Shown piece after piece: positions 48,817 through 56,848 of a stretch of DNA of 64,000 bases. Position 1 is the stretch's first letter. Each line of letters opens with the position of its first letter. Source of the DNA: a virus. The stretch lies in the IMG/VR virus record IMGVR_UViG_3300046010_005562. The stretch is one strand, 5' to 3'. The position numbers and the translations under genes are program-made. The notes beneath the pieces are model-generated. The model did not search any database, was not told where the DNA came from, and was given only the letters and a program-made list of their open reading frames with translations.

Positions 48817-49845
48817 ATGAATAAAAAATACGATATCATCGTCTTTATTGGACGATTCCAACCCGTTCACAATGCCCACTTAGAAATTATTAAAAAAGCC
48901 TCTGAAATTGCTGAAAAAGTAGTTTTGATTGTTGGATCAGCTTTTCAGCCAAGAACTTATAAAAATCCTTTTACTGAACATGATAGGATTGTTATGGTTG
49001 ATATGGTTTGTACAGAAAATAATATAAGAAAAAATGTTTGTATTGATTATATCTCCGATTCAATTTATAATGATCAAGCTTGGGCAATCAAAGTTCAACA
49101 AATTGTTGATGGTTATATAACAAAAAGTAATCCAAAAATTGGTATTATTGGTCATGATAAAGATGAAAGCACTTTTTATCTTAGTATGTTTCCTCAATGG
49201 GAACGAGTTCATGTTGATCTAATTGAATCCCTTCATTCTACGGATATTAGAGATCTTTATTTCCGTAAAGATGCTAATATGAATTTCATTAAAGGAGTAG
49301 TTCCTAGTTCAATCTTTAAGTTCCTAGAACATTTCAAGACTGAAGAGGAATACAATCAAATCATAAAAGAAAGAGAATTTATTAAAACTTATAAGAAACA
49401 ATATGAATGCTTACCTTATCCTCCTGTATTTGTTACAACTGATACAATAGTAGTTCAATCTGGTCATGTTCTTATGATTAAACGTAAATCAGAACCAGGA
49501 AAAGGACTTTGGGCTTTACCTGGAGGATTTCTAGATGCAAATAAAGATAAAAGTATGGTTTCTTGTGCTATTAGGGAATTAAAAGAAGAAACTGGAATTA
49601 AGGTTCCTATTCCAGTTTTGCTAGGTAGTATTAAATCTAATAAAGTATTTGATGCTATTAATAGATCAGCAAGAGGAAGAACTATTACTCATGCATATTA
49701 TATTCAACTTCCTGATGGAGAACTTCCTAAAGTAAAAGGTCAAGATGATGCAGAAAAGGCTTCTTGGATTCCTATTGCACGTTTAGATTCTAGTGAAGTT
49801 TTTGAAGATCATTACGAAATAATTTCCAATTTTGTAGGAGCATAA
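48817..49845 (+). CDS. nadM: Bifunctional NMN adenylyltransferase / Nudix hydrolase (NadM-Nudix)
   Basis: MNKKYDIIVFIGRFQPVHNAHLEI ... FRKDANMNFIKGVVPSSIFKFL ... GLWALPGGFLDANKDKSMVSCAIRELKEETGI; RBS TAGGAG before ATG 48817. Confidence 0.95.
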   Translation: MNKKYDIIVFIGRFQPVHNAHLEIIKKASEIAEKVVLIVGSAFQPRTYKNPFTEHDRIVMVDMVCTENNIRKNVCIDYISDSIYNDQAWAIKVQQIVDGYITKSNPKIGIIGHDKDESTFYLSMFPQWERVHVDLIESLHSTDIRDLYFRKDANMNFIKGVVPSSIFKFLEHFKTEEEYNQIIKEREFIKTYKKQYECLPYPPVFVTTDTIVVQSGHVLMIKRKSEPGKGLWALPGGFLDANKDKSMVSCAIRELKEETGIKVPIPVLLGSIKSNKVFDAINRSARGRTITHAYYIQLPDGELPKVKGQDDAEKASWIPIARLDSSEVFEDHYEIISNFVGA

Positions 49846-49856
49846 AGAGGAACAAT

Positions 49857-50108
49857 ATGAGTCGCACAAATAGAGATAGTAATCGTCGTTCTGGGCAACG
49901 CGCTAAACGTGAATATCAGTTTGCTTGTCGGAATAATGCTTCAAAAGAAGAGATTTATAATGCTCTTGTTAATTGGATGGATTGTCCTAATATTCCGCGT
50001 TATGGTAATAATAGGAAGGCTGCCGCAAAACAAAAGATTAAATATCGTCGCGCATTGCGTCACGCTCAAATCAACCCAATGAGTCTAATGGAGCTTAATG
50101 ATGAGTAA
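49857..50108 (+). CDS. Small basic hypothetical protein
   Basis: RBS GAGGAAC; Arg/Lys-rich 83 aa. Confidence 0.6.
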   Translation: MSRTNRDSNRRSGQRAKREYQFACRNNASKEEIYNALVNWMDCPNIPRYGNNRKAAAKQKIKYRRALRHAQINPMSLMELNDE

Positions 50109-50205
50109 TTTTAATTAGAAAAATATCAAGATTATAATATTTTTGATAAGATTGAATTCATATTGATAGACGATATGGATTATATTAATAAAGGAGATTT
50201 ATTAC

Positions 50206-51558
50206 ATGAAAAAGAATATTATTTTAAATAGTGATTCATACAAATACAGTATGTTTAATCAATATCCAAAAGGTACTGAAATAGTATATTCATATATTGA
50301 AAGTAGAGGAGGTAAATGGGATTCTACTTTATTCTTTGGATTACAAGCATTTATTAAAGAATATCTACTTGATCCTATTACAAAAGATGATATTGATTTC
50401 GCAGAAGATATTATCAAAAATCACGGCGAGCCTTTTTATAGAGAAGGATGGGAATATATTCTTGATAAATATAATGGATTTTTGCCGGTAGTTATTAAAG
50501 CAGTTCCCGAAGGAACTATCGTTCCTGTTAAAAATGTGTTGGTTACAATAGAAAATACTGACCCAAAATGTTTTTGGTTAACTACTTTCCTCGAAACAGC
50601 ATTACTTCGTGCAGTTTGGTATCCCACAACTGTAGCAACCAATAGTTATGAAAGTAAAAAGATTATTTTAAAATGGTTAGAGAAAAACGGTAATCCTAGT
50701 GACATTGATTTTCGTTTACATGATTTCGGTGCTAGAGGAGTATCTAGTCTTGAAAGTTCTGGGATTGGTGGAGCAGCGCACCTAGTCAATTTTATGGGGA
50801 CTGATAATATTGCTGGTCTTTGTTTTGCACGTTCTTATTATAATGGTGGGATTGCAGGTTTTAGCGTTCCAGCAATGGAACATTCTACCGTAACGTCTTG
50901 GGGACGAGATAACGAAGTTGATTCTTATCGTAATATGATTCGTAATAATCCGAATGGTACAGTATCAATTGTTTCTGATAGTTATGATATCTACAAAGCA
51001 TGTCATATGTATGGCGCAGTATTAAAACAAGATATTATTGACAATAATGTTAAACTTGTTGTTCGTCCAGATAGTGGTATTCCAAATTTAATTGTTTCAG
51101 AATGTCTTTGTATATTAGATAGTTATTTTGGACATACTGTAAACTCTAAAGGATATAAAGTTATTAATAATGTTAAAGTCCTTCAAGGAGATGGTATCAA
51201 TGGTAAGATGATAGATCTTATTCTTGAAACTGCTGATTTTTATGGATATAGTTCTGATAATATTTTGTTTGGTCAAGGTGGTGCTCTTCTTCAACAAATA
51301 GATAGAGATACTCAAAAATTTGCAATGAAATGTTCAGCAATTCGAGTAAATGGTGAATGGAGACATGTATTTAAAGATCCTATTACAGATCCTAATAAAT
51401 CTTCTAAGAAAGGTAGAGTAACTTTATATAAAGAAAATGGTAGATATTATTCTGGTGTTGAAGATTGGCCTACTCCAGTATTAGAAACAGTATTTGAAAA
51501 TGGTAAAATTATTAAAGAATATACTTTTGAAGAAGTTAGAAATAAAGCTATAGTTTAA
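50206..51558 (+). CDS. nadV: Nicotinamide phosphoribosyltransferase (NAMPT/NadV)
   Basis: NSDSYKYSMFNQYPKGTEIVYSYIESRGG ... DFGARGVSSLESSGIGGAAHLVNFMGTDNI ... VPAMEHSTVTSWG ... VVRPDSG. Confidence 0.95.
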   Translation: MKKNIILNSDSYKYSMFNQYPKGTEIVYSYIESRGGKWDSTLFFGLQAFIKEYLLDPITKDDIDFAEDIIKNHGEPFYREGWEYILDKYNGFLPVVIKAVPEGTIVPVKNVLVTIENTDPKCFWLTTFLETALLRAVWYPTTVATNSYESKKIILKWLEKNGNPSDIDFRLHDFGARGVSSLESSGIGGAAHLVNFMGTDNIAGLCFARSYYNGGIAGFSVPAMEHSTVTSWGRDNEVDSYRNMIRNNPNGTVSIVSDSYDIYKACHMYGAVLKQDIIDNNVKLVVRPDSGIPNLIVSECLCILDSYFGHTVNSKGYKVINNVKVLQGDGINGKMIDLILETADFYGYSSDNILFGQGGALLQQIDRDTQKFAMKCSAIRVNGEWRHVFKDPITDPNKSSKKGRVTLYKENGRYYSGVEDWPTPVLETVFENGKIIKEYTFEEVRNKAIV

Positions 51559-51571
51559 TTAGGAGAAGAAT

Positions 51572-51988
51572 ATGAATAAAGAAATAGAATTATGGGAATC
51601 AAATGAAGGAGCAATTTATCTATTTGCTGGATGGTTAACTGCAAGAGATCAAATCATTTCATGCGGATCTACTGAAGATGCATCTTATATGGCTGAAGCA
51701 ATTAAGGAATATAAGGAAGCATATCCTGACAGATTCACCCGCCACGAGCCGAAAAGAAAGCCGATGACGGAGGATGAAGAGGATGAAGCATTTAATAGCG
51801 CCAGTAAATATGCAGCTTGGTTAGAGACTGAGAATAGGATGCTGCGTGAAGCAAGGAAGCCATTGAGTCCTGAAAAACGTATAGAAGGATATATTGAGTA
51901 TGAAAATTGTATGGGAGAAGGACACTTATTGAGTTTTGTTAGTGGAATTGCGTTTGCTGAAGAACAACATAATATAGGACATAAATAA
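51572..51988 (+). CDS. Hypothetical protein
   Basis: Open frame with RBS AGGAGAAG. Confidence 0.55.
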   Translation: MNKEIELWESNEGAIYLFAGWLTARDQIISCGSTEDASYMAEAIKEYKEAYPDRFTRHEPKRKPMTEDEEDEAFNSASKYAAWLETENRMLREARKPLSPEKRIEGYIEYENCMGEGHLLSFVSGIAFAEEQHNIGHK

Positions 51989-52224
51989 TGAATAATTTAA
52001 TTGAACAACTGTATGAAAAAGCAACTATACAATCAGTATCTGAAAATTTTAACGGCGAGGATAGTTTAACCATACAGACTCCTTCAAAAGAATGGGCAGA
52101 AAAGTTTGCTGAACTAATTATTAATCATTGTATTGAACTCGTTGAACCTGAAGATCAGGAATACATGAATTCTTTACTAGAATTTAAAGTATGGTGTATT
52201 AAAACAGATTTTGGTATTAAATAA
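51988..52224 (+). CDS. Hypothetical protein
   Basis: Translationally coupled open frame. Confidence 0.5.
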   Translation: MNNLIEQLYEKATIQSVSENFNGEDSLTIQTPSKEWAEKFAELIINHCIELVEPEDQEYMNSLLEFKVWCIKTDFGIK

Positions 52225-52448
52225 TGAATAAATTTCCAAAGAAGATTTGGGCAAACGCATGTGAGATTGAAGGATGGGAGAAAAAACCTGATTTTGGCGA
52301 ACCATCCCAATACATACGCTCAGATTTAGTAGATGAGTTGGTTAGTCTTTTAATCGAATGGAAAAATGTAACAGCAGAGGAGAACAAAGCTTGGGATGAA
52401 TATGAAGAACGCATTGATGCTGCAATAAAAGAATTAGAGGATTTTTAA
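52224..52448 (+). CDS. Hypothetical protein
   Basis: Translationally coupled open frame. Confidence 0.5.
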   Translation: MNKFPKKIWANACEIEGWEKKPDFGEPSQYIRSDLVDELVSLLIEWKNVTAEENKAWDEYEERIDAAIKELEDF

Positions 52449-52807
52449 TGATTTTAATTTTATTGGGATTATTTCTCAAACATTTTATTGCTGATTTTGT
52501 TTTACAGACAAAATATCAGTGGTCAAATAAAGGAACATTTTTACACCCAGGAGGCTTGCTTCATTCAGCAATTCATGGTATACTTACCGGAGTATTCATA
52601 TATTTTTATGGTTATTTTTCAATTTATCTAATTTTTATTGATTTCATATCACATTATTTGATAGATTATTGTAAAAGTAATATAAATAGAAAGTGGAATT
52701 ACACACCAGACAAATATATGTTCTGGTTTATGACAGGTCTAGATCAATTTTTACATTATCTAATTTATTTGATAATTTGTAAAAAAATACTTGACATGTC
52801 ATTATAA
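52448..52807 (+). CDS. DUF3307-like membrane protein
   Basis: LFLKHFIADFVLQTKYQWSNKG...GGLLHSAIHGILTGVFIYFYGYF...FIDFISHYLIDYCK. Confidence 0.75.
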   Translation: MILILLGLFLKHFIADFVLQTKYQWSNKGTFLHPGGLLHSAIHGILTGVFIYFYGYFSIYLIFIDFISHYLIDYCKSNINRKWNYTPDKYMFWFMTGLDQFLHYLIYLIICKKILDMSL

Positions 52808-52819
52808 ATAGATTATAAT
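52791..52819 (+). promoter_or_regulatory. Consensus sigma70-like promoter (TTGACA-17-TATAAT) for tRNA-Asn
   Basis: Direct reading. Confidence 0.85.
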
Positions 52820-52828
52820 TATCAATAT

Positions 52829-52903
52829 TGGCAATTAGCACAGTGGTAGTGTATCGGACTGTTAATCCGTGGGTCGTAGGTTCGAATCCTACATTGCCAG
52901 CCA
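52829..52903 (+). tRNA. tRNA-Asn(GTT), CCA encoded
   Basis: Cloverleaf TGGCAAT/ATTGCCA, ASL TCGGA-CTGTTAA-TCCG, T-arm GTAGG-TTCGAAT-CCTAC. Confidence 0.95.
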
Positions 52904-52924
52904 ATTTTTTAAAAAAGGTATATT

Positions 52925-53164
52925 ATGCGTCCAATTAAAAAAAATGTTATTGTAGAAAGAGTAGAACCAAATCTAACAACAGATTCTGGTATTATTCTTA
53001 AAAGTCCTCTTGATGTTGATCAAGCAGTAGTTATATCAGTAGGTCCAGATGTAACAGAAGTTTCTGTTGGAGAAAGAGTTTGTTTAGATTGGAATAAATC
53101 TAAAGAAATTGAAAAGAATGTTTTTTTGATTCCTGTTGAAGAAATTGCATTCGTATATGAATAA
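52925..53164 (+). CDS. GroES-like co-chaperonin (gp31 functional analogue)
   Basis: MRPIKKNVIVERVEPNLTTDSGIIL...QAVVISVGPDVTEVSVGERVCLDWNKSKEI. Confidence 0.8.
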   Translation: MRPIKKNVIVERVEPNLTTDSGIILKSPLDVDQAVVISVGPDVTEVSVGERVCLDWNKSKEIEKNVFLIPVEEIAFVYE

Positions 53165-53179
53165 ATAGGAGAATATATT

Positions 53180-53338
53180 ATGAGTGGTTCTGTAATTAAG
53201 AAATGTGGATGTAAAGGTAATCCATCAAACTCTTCGGATTATCAAGATAAAAAATATGGAGATGGTATGCGAGTTATGAATCTATCTCAAAAAGGAGATA
53301 GTTCTAAATGTTCTGTTTGTGGTAAAGAGTATAAATAA
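53180..53338 (+). CDS. Small Cys-rich (zinc ribbon-like) protein, missed by ORF track
   Basis: MSGSVIKKCGCKGNPSNSSDYQDKKYGDGMRVMNLSQKGDSSKCSVCGKEYK with RBS TAGGAG. Confidence 0.6.
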   Translation: MSGSVIKKCGCKGNPSNSSDYQDKKYGDGMRVMNLSQKGDSSKCSVCGKEYK

Positions 53339-53344
53339 AAAATA

Positions 53345-53419
53345 GCCTCCAAAGCATTGATGGCGATGCACATGTTTTGTAATCATGATAACTCAGTTCG
53401 ATTCTGGGTGGAGGCTCCA
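53345..53419 (+). tRNA. tRNA-Thr(TGT), slightly degenerate
   Basis: GCCTCCA/TGGAGGC acceptor, D stem GCAT/ATGC, anticodon loop TTTGTAA, T-arm CTCAG-TTCGATT-CTGGG. Confidence 0.8.
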
Positions 53420-53478
53420 ATCAATCATTACATTGATAATTTAAATAAAAAATAATTATTAATGTAACATAAAAACCC

Positions 53479-53507
53479 TTGACACCATCAATAAAATGGT
53501 GTATTAT
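53479..53507 (+). promoter_or_regulatory. Sigma70-like promoter (TTGACA-17-TATTAT) with perfect inverted repeat ACACCAT..ATGGTGT in the spacer
   Basis: Direct reading; drives handle RNA R1. Confidence 0.8.
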
Positions 53508-53548
53508 ATAAAAAAATGAAGAATGCATACAGCATTTTGTGTTATTTT

Positions 53549-53667
53549 AGGATGTTTACTGCATAATTAAATGTGATTACAACACCGTGGTCGTTGGTTC
53601 GAGTCCAACCTTCATAATATTATTATGAAGTAGCTTAGTCGGTAGAGCGCGTAAAACACATCCTGTT
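53549..53667 (+). ncRNA. Candidate YrlA-like Y RNA (handle RNA R1): closed tRNA mimic in permuted order inside an AGGATGT/ACATCCT stem
   Basis: T-arm GTTGG-TTCGAGT-CCAAC, 9-bp closed acceptor-like stem CTTCATAAT-ATT-ATTATGAAG, then TA + D-arm GCTT-AGTCGGTA-GAGC; upstream of TROVE gene. Confidence 0.75.
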
Positions 53668-53677
53668 TTTTAATTTT

Positions 53678-53938
53678 TGGATGAATTCAGCAATGAAAAA
53701 ACTTTAAACCTATAATGTGGTAGAAAATGTTTGCTCGGAGAAAATGCTCCAGCGACTAGTCTCTAGAAATAGAGAACATTCAAGGAACCAACGACATATG
53801 GAAAGACATATATGATTCTGTTAACAGACACAATATACAGATAGTCAACATGAATTGTTGATAGGCTTGAGGAACTGAACCAATATACAGGGGATGGGGT
53901 CAAGCAGAATAATAAAATACTGTTCCGATCATCCAGTT
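53678..53938 (+). ncRNA. Handle RNA R2 with about 235-nt structured insert
   Basis: TGGATGA...TCATCCA closing stem, ATTCAGCAA after 5' strand, multiple internal hairpins. Confidence 0.6.
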
Positions 53939-53945
53939 GAAATAA

Positions 53946-54010
53946 AGGTTTATTTCAGCAATTTTAACCAAAAACAAACTTGAAAATTTTGTATAAAACG
54001 TAAACCTGAT
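53946..54010 (+). ncRNA. Handle RNA R3, in the 5' UTR of the TROVE gene
   Basis: AGGTTTA-TTTCAGCAA ... ACG-TAAACCT-GAT; 7-bp stem. Confidence 0.65.
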
Positions 54011-54021
54011 AGGTGATAATT

Positions 54022-55446
54022 ATGAACTCATTTGTAAATGCTGTTAAGAATCAAGAAGCTCGTACTGAAAATAATATGAAAGCTTTTAAGGATACTTCTA
54101 ACGCTGTTGTAGATCTTTTCTATAAGATTGGTGCTTCTCGTGGTAAGGATATTGTTCCTGATTTTACTGCTGCTATGGTAGAAAATCCAGAATTAGCTAT
54201 TCGAGTAGCTCTTTGGAGTCGAGATGTGCGTGGTGGAGCCGGTGAACGTGAAGTTTTTCGTAAAATTCTAGAACATCTAGAAAATACTAAACCAGATCTA
54301 GTAGAAAAGATTCTACCTAAAGTTCCTGAATTGGGTCGTTGGGATGATCTTTTAACTTTCAAGTCTGATTTTCGTTTTAAAGCCTATGATTACATAAAAG
54401 AAGCTATTTCTAATGAAAATGGACTATGCGCTAAGTGGATGCCTCGTAAAGGTGAAATTGCAGTAGAACTTCGTAATGCTCTAGGAATGTCTCCAAAGCA
54501 ATATCGTAAAACTTTAGTTAATCTAACTAAGGTTGTAGAAACTAAAATGTGTGCTAAAGATTGGAATAATATTAATTTCAGTCATGTTCCATCAGTAGCT
54601 TCTGCTCGTTATAAGAAAGCTTTTTGGCGTAATGCTAAAGATACATACCAACAGTATGTTGCTTCTTTAGTAAAGGGTGATGATCCAAAGGTTAAGGTTA
54701 ATGCTGGTGCTGTATTTCCATACGATGTATTGAAGGGTGTAATTAACCTATATGGTTTTAATAGTGCTTCTTTCAACAAGACTCAACTTGATCTAGTTAT
54801 TAAGCAGTGGGAAGCACTTCCAAACTTCGTTGGTGATGCAAGTATCTTACCTTTGGTTGATGTATCAGGGTCTATGACATGTATTGCTGGTAATAAGGGT
54901 TCTACTACTTGTATTGATGTAGCAGTTTCTCTAGGTCTATATCTAGCAGAAAAGAATACTGGAGATTTCAAGGATACTTTCTTGACTTTCTCTACTGATC
55001 CTAAACTTCTACATCTGAAGGGTAATATTATAGATAAGGCTTCTCAAATGACCAAATCAGACTGGGCTATGAGTACTGATCTTCATGCGGCTATGGATAA
55101 GATTCTAAAAACCGCAGTAAAGGGTAATGTTGCTCCAAGTGATATGCCTAAGATGTTGTTAATTTTATCTGATATGCAGTTCAATCAGTGTATTAGTTTT
55201 GATGACTCTGCTCATCAAATGATTGCTCGTAAGTTTGAAGCTGCTGGATATGAAATTCCATCAATTGTATTCTGGAATTTGAATTCAAAGGATAATGTTC
55301 CTGTTAAATATGATACTAATGGAGTAGCATTGGTATCTGGATTCAGTCCTTCTATCGTAAAGGCTGTTCTGTCTACTGATATGGATGACTTTACTCCAGA
55401 AGGAATTATGATGAATACAATCATGAACAACAGATATGACTTTTAA
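54022..55446 (+). CDS. TROVE domain protein (Ro60/Rsr-like) with vWA domain
   Basis: FVNAVKNQEARTENNMKAFKDTSNAVVDLFYKIGASRG ... RDVRGGAGEREVFRKIL ... LPLVDVSGSM; RBS TAGGTGAT before ATG 54022. Confidence 0.9.
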   Translation: MNSFVNAVKNQEARTENNMKAFKDTSNAVVDLFYKIGASRGKDIVPDFTAAMVENPELAIRVALWSRDVRGGAGEREVFRKILEHLENTKPDLVEKILPKVPELGRWDDLLTFKSDFRFKAYDYIKEAISNENGLCAKWMPRKGEIAVELRNALGMSPKQYRKTLVNLTKVVETKMCAKDWNNINFSHVPSVASARYKKAFWRNAKDTYQQYVASLVKGDDPKVKVNAGAVFPYDVLKGVINLYGFNSASFNKTQLDLVIKQWEALPNFVGDASILPLVDVSGSMTCIAGNKGSTTCIDVAVSLGLYLAEKNTGDFKDTFLTFSTDPKLLHLKGNIIDKASQMTKSDWAMSTDLHAAMDKILKTAVKGNVAPSDMPKMLLILSDMQFNQCISFDDSAHQMIARKFEAAGYEIPSIVFWNLNSKDNVPVKYDTNGVALVSGFSPSIVKAVLSTDMDDFTPEGIMMNTIMNNRYDF

Positions 55447-55451
55447 TTAAA

Positions 55452-55469
55452 TGGGAGCTTCGGCTCCCT
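55452..55469 (+). terminator. Hairpin GGGAGC-TTCG-GCTCCC
   Basis: Directly after TROVE gene, weak T-tract. Confidence 0.7.
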
Positions 55470-55488
55470 ATTAAAAATTTACTAAATA

Positions 55489-55551
55489 AGGATACGTTCA
55501 GCAAATTAAAACACCAGACTGTTAATCTGAAATGTTAAAAAGTATCCTGTT
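55489..55551 (+). ncRNA. Handle RNA R4, in the 5' UTR of the vWA gene, with tRNA-Asn-like anticodon hairpin CAGA-CTGTTAA-TCTG
   Basis: AGGATAC-GTTCAGCAA ... GTATCCT-GTTA. Confidence 0.7.
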
Positions 55552-55567
55552 AATTTTGAGGTAATTT

Positions 55568-56176
55568 ATGAAAGAAAATCTAACTGAAATAGTTGTTATT
55601 ATTGATGCATCTGGATCTATGCATAATTTTTCTTCTGATACTATAGGAGGATTTAATGCATTTATAGAGGAACAAAAGAAAGTTAGTGGTGAAGCTAATA
55701 TCACTTTAACTACGTTTAATAGTATTAATCCAAATAATATTATTTTTAATGGAATAAATATCCAAAATTGTCCAGAATTAAATTCCAGTCAGTATAAACC
55801 TGATGGAATGACTCCTCTTTATGATGCAATTGGTGATACTATTAGAGTAGTAGGTATGCGTTTATCTAATATGCCTGAAGAAGATAGACCATCTAAAGTT
55901 CTTTTTTTGATTACCACAGATGGTTTAGAAAATTCTAGTATAAGTTTTACTAGAGAAAAAATTAGTAATATAATTAACCATCAAAAAACTAAGTATAATT
56001 GGGAGTTTGTGTTCACTGGAGCTAATATTGATGCTTCTTCTGTAGGTGATTCTATGAATATTTCTAATTCTGTGTCTTATGACCAAAATAATACTAGAGA
56101 ATTGTATAAAAATGTATTTAGTTGTGTTGCAACTTCATACAGAAGTACTGGAAATGTTTCTATAAACCAAATTTAA
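55568..56176 (+). CDS. Stand-alone von Willebrand factor A domain protein
   Basis: IVVIIDASGSMHNF ... PDGMTPLYDAIGDTI ... VLFLITTDGLEN, MIDAS-type motif. Confidence 0.9.
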   Translation: MKENLTEIVVIIDASGSMHNFSSDTIGGFNAFIEEQKKVSGEANITLTTFNSINPNNIIFNGINIQNCPELNSSQYKPDGMTPLYDAIGDTIRVVGMRLSNMPEEDRPSKVLFLITTDGLENSSISFTREKISNIINHQKTKYNWEFVFTGANIDASSVGDSMNISNSVSYDQNNTRELYKNVFSCVATSYRSTGNVSINQI

Positions 56177-56439
56177 AAAAATATACCATAAAAAGGGCTT
56201 TTTTTGTAAATAAATTGAAAATATTTTGAAAAAAGTTGAAAAAAAGTTGAAAAAAAGGCTTTTTTAGTGAAAAAAATATATAAGTAGTAATATGAACAAA
56301 AACATTTTAACACGCATATCCAATCAAAATTTAGTGCTTAGTCAATGGCACTTAGAATCTTGCGCGTCAAAAAAAGATCCAAGATATTTTATTTACAAAT
56401 GGGTTTTTTGTTAAAAATATAAATTTTTTAAATAACAAA

Positions 56440-56464
56440 AAACCCTAGAATTCTAGGGTTTTTT
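56440..56464 (+). terminator. Intrinsic terminator AAACCCTAGA-ATTCTAGGGTTTTTT
   Basis: Perfect hairpin and T-tract. Confidence 0.9.
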
Positions 56465-56484
56465 CGTTTCAGGAGTTAAAAAAC

Positions 56485-56513
56485 TTGACTTCTGGTTGAG
56501 AATGATCTATAAT
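56485..56513 (+). promoter_or_regulatory. Sigma70-like promoter (TTGACT-17-TATAAT) for the tRNA operon
   Basis: Direct reading. Confidence 0.8.
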
Positions 56514-56525
56514 AGACTCTCAATA

Positions 56526-56538
56526 GCTCTTTAACAAT
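56526..56538 (+). promoter_or_regulatory. rRNA-type boxA-like antitermination sequence GCTCTTTAACAAT
   Basis: Matches the canonical enterobacterial rrn boxA (TGCTCTTTAACAA) in the leader of a tRNA operon. Confidence 0.6.
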
Positions 56539-56551
56539 TTGGAAAACTTAT

Positions 56552-56625
56552 TCAGGAGTCGTCTAATGGTAGGACAACGGACTTTGACTCCGTTTATCGT
56601 GGTTCGAGTCCACGTTCCTGATCCA
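56552..56625 (+). tRNA. tRNA-Gln(TTG)
   Basis: TCAGGAG/TTCCTGA, loop CTTTGAC, T-arm with TTCGAGT. Confidence 0.93.
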
Positions 56626-56631
56626 ATTAAT

Positions 56632-56704
56632 GGTGATTATGGTGTAATGGTAGCACCCCTCTCTGTGAAAGAGGAAGTACGAGATCGTTACTCGTTAATC
56701 ACCC
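56632..56704 (+). tRNA. tRNA-His(GTG), T-loop ATCGTTA
   Basis: GGTGATT/AATCACC, CCTCT-CTGTGAA-AGAGG, ACGAG-ATCGTTA-CTCGT. Confidence 0.88.
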
Positions 56705-56706
56705 AA

Positions 56707-56782
56707 GCAGCCATAGCAAAGATGGTCTATGCGGAGGACTGAAAATCCTTAGATACTGGTTCGATACCAGTTGGCTGCACCA
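56707..56782 (+). tRNA. tRNA-Phe(GAA)
   Basis: GCAGCCA/TGGCTGC, loop CTGAAAA, CTGGTTCGATACCAG. Confidence 0.93.
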
Positions 56783-56848
56783 ATTTTTAGGTCTTTGGTG
56801 AAATCTTATTTTATATAAATAAAAGTAAAATACAGAGGAACGAATAAT

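Noticed and set aside
53549-53667. Permuted tRNA-Val gene: joining ...GAGCGCG with GTG-ATTACAA-CACCG would give a perfect anticodon stem CGGTG/CACCG with anticodon TAC
   Set aside because: The acceptor-like helix is closed by a triloop with 9 continuous pairs, there is no encoded CCA, a normal tRNA-Val(TAC) exists at 57517, and a TROVE gene is adjacent. Y RNA-like mimic fits better, although the 5-bp anticodon match deserves an experimental check.
56539-56742. ORFs across tRNAs (56539..56742, 57705..57962, 58319..58678, 58575..58841, 61190..61423, 61247..61435, 61353..61568, 61523..61705, 61618..61803)
   Set aside because: They translate tRNA and ncRNA sequence; compositional artefacts without RBS.
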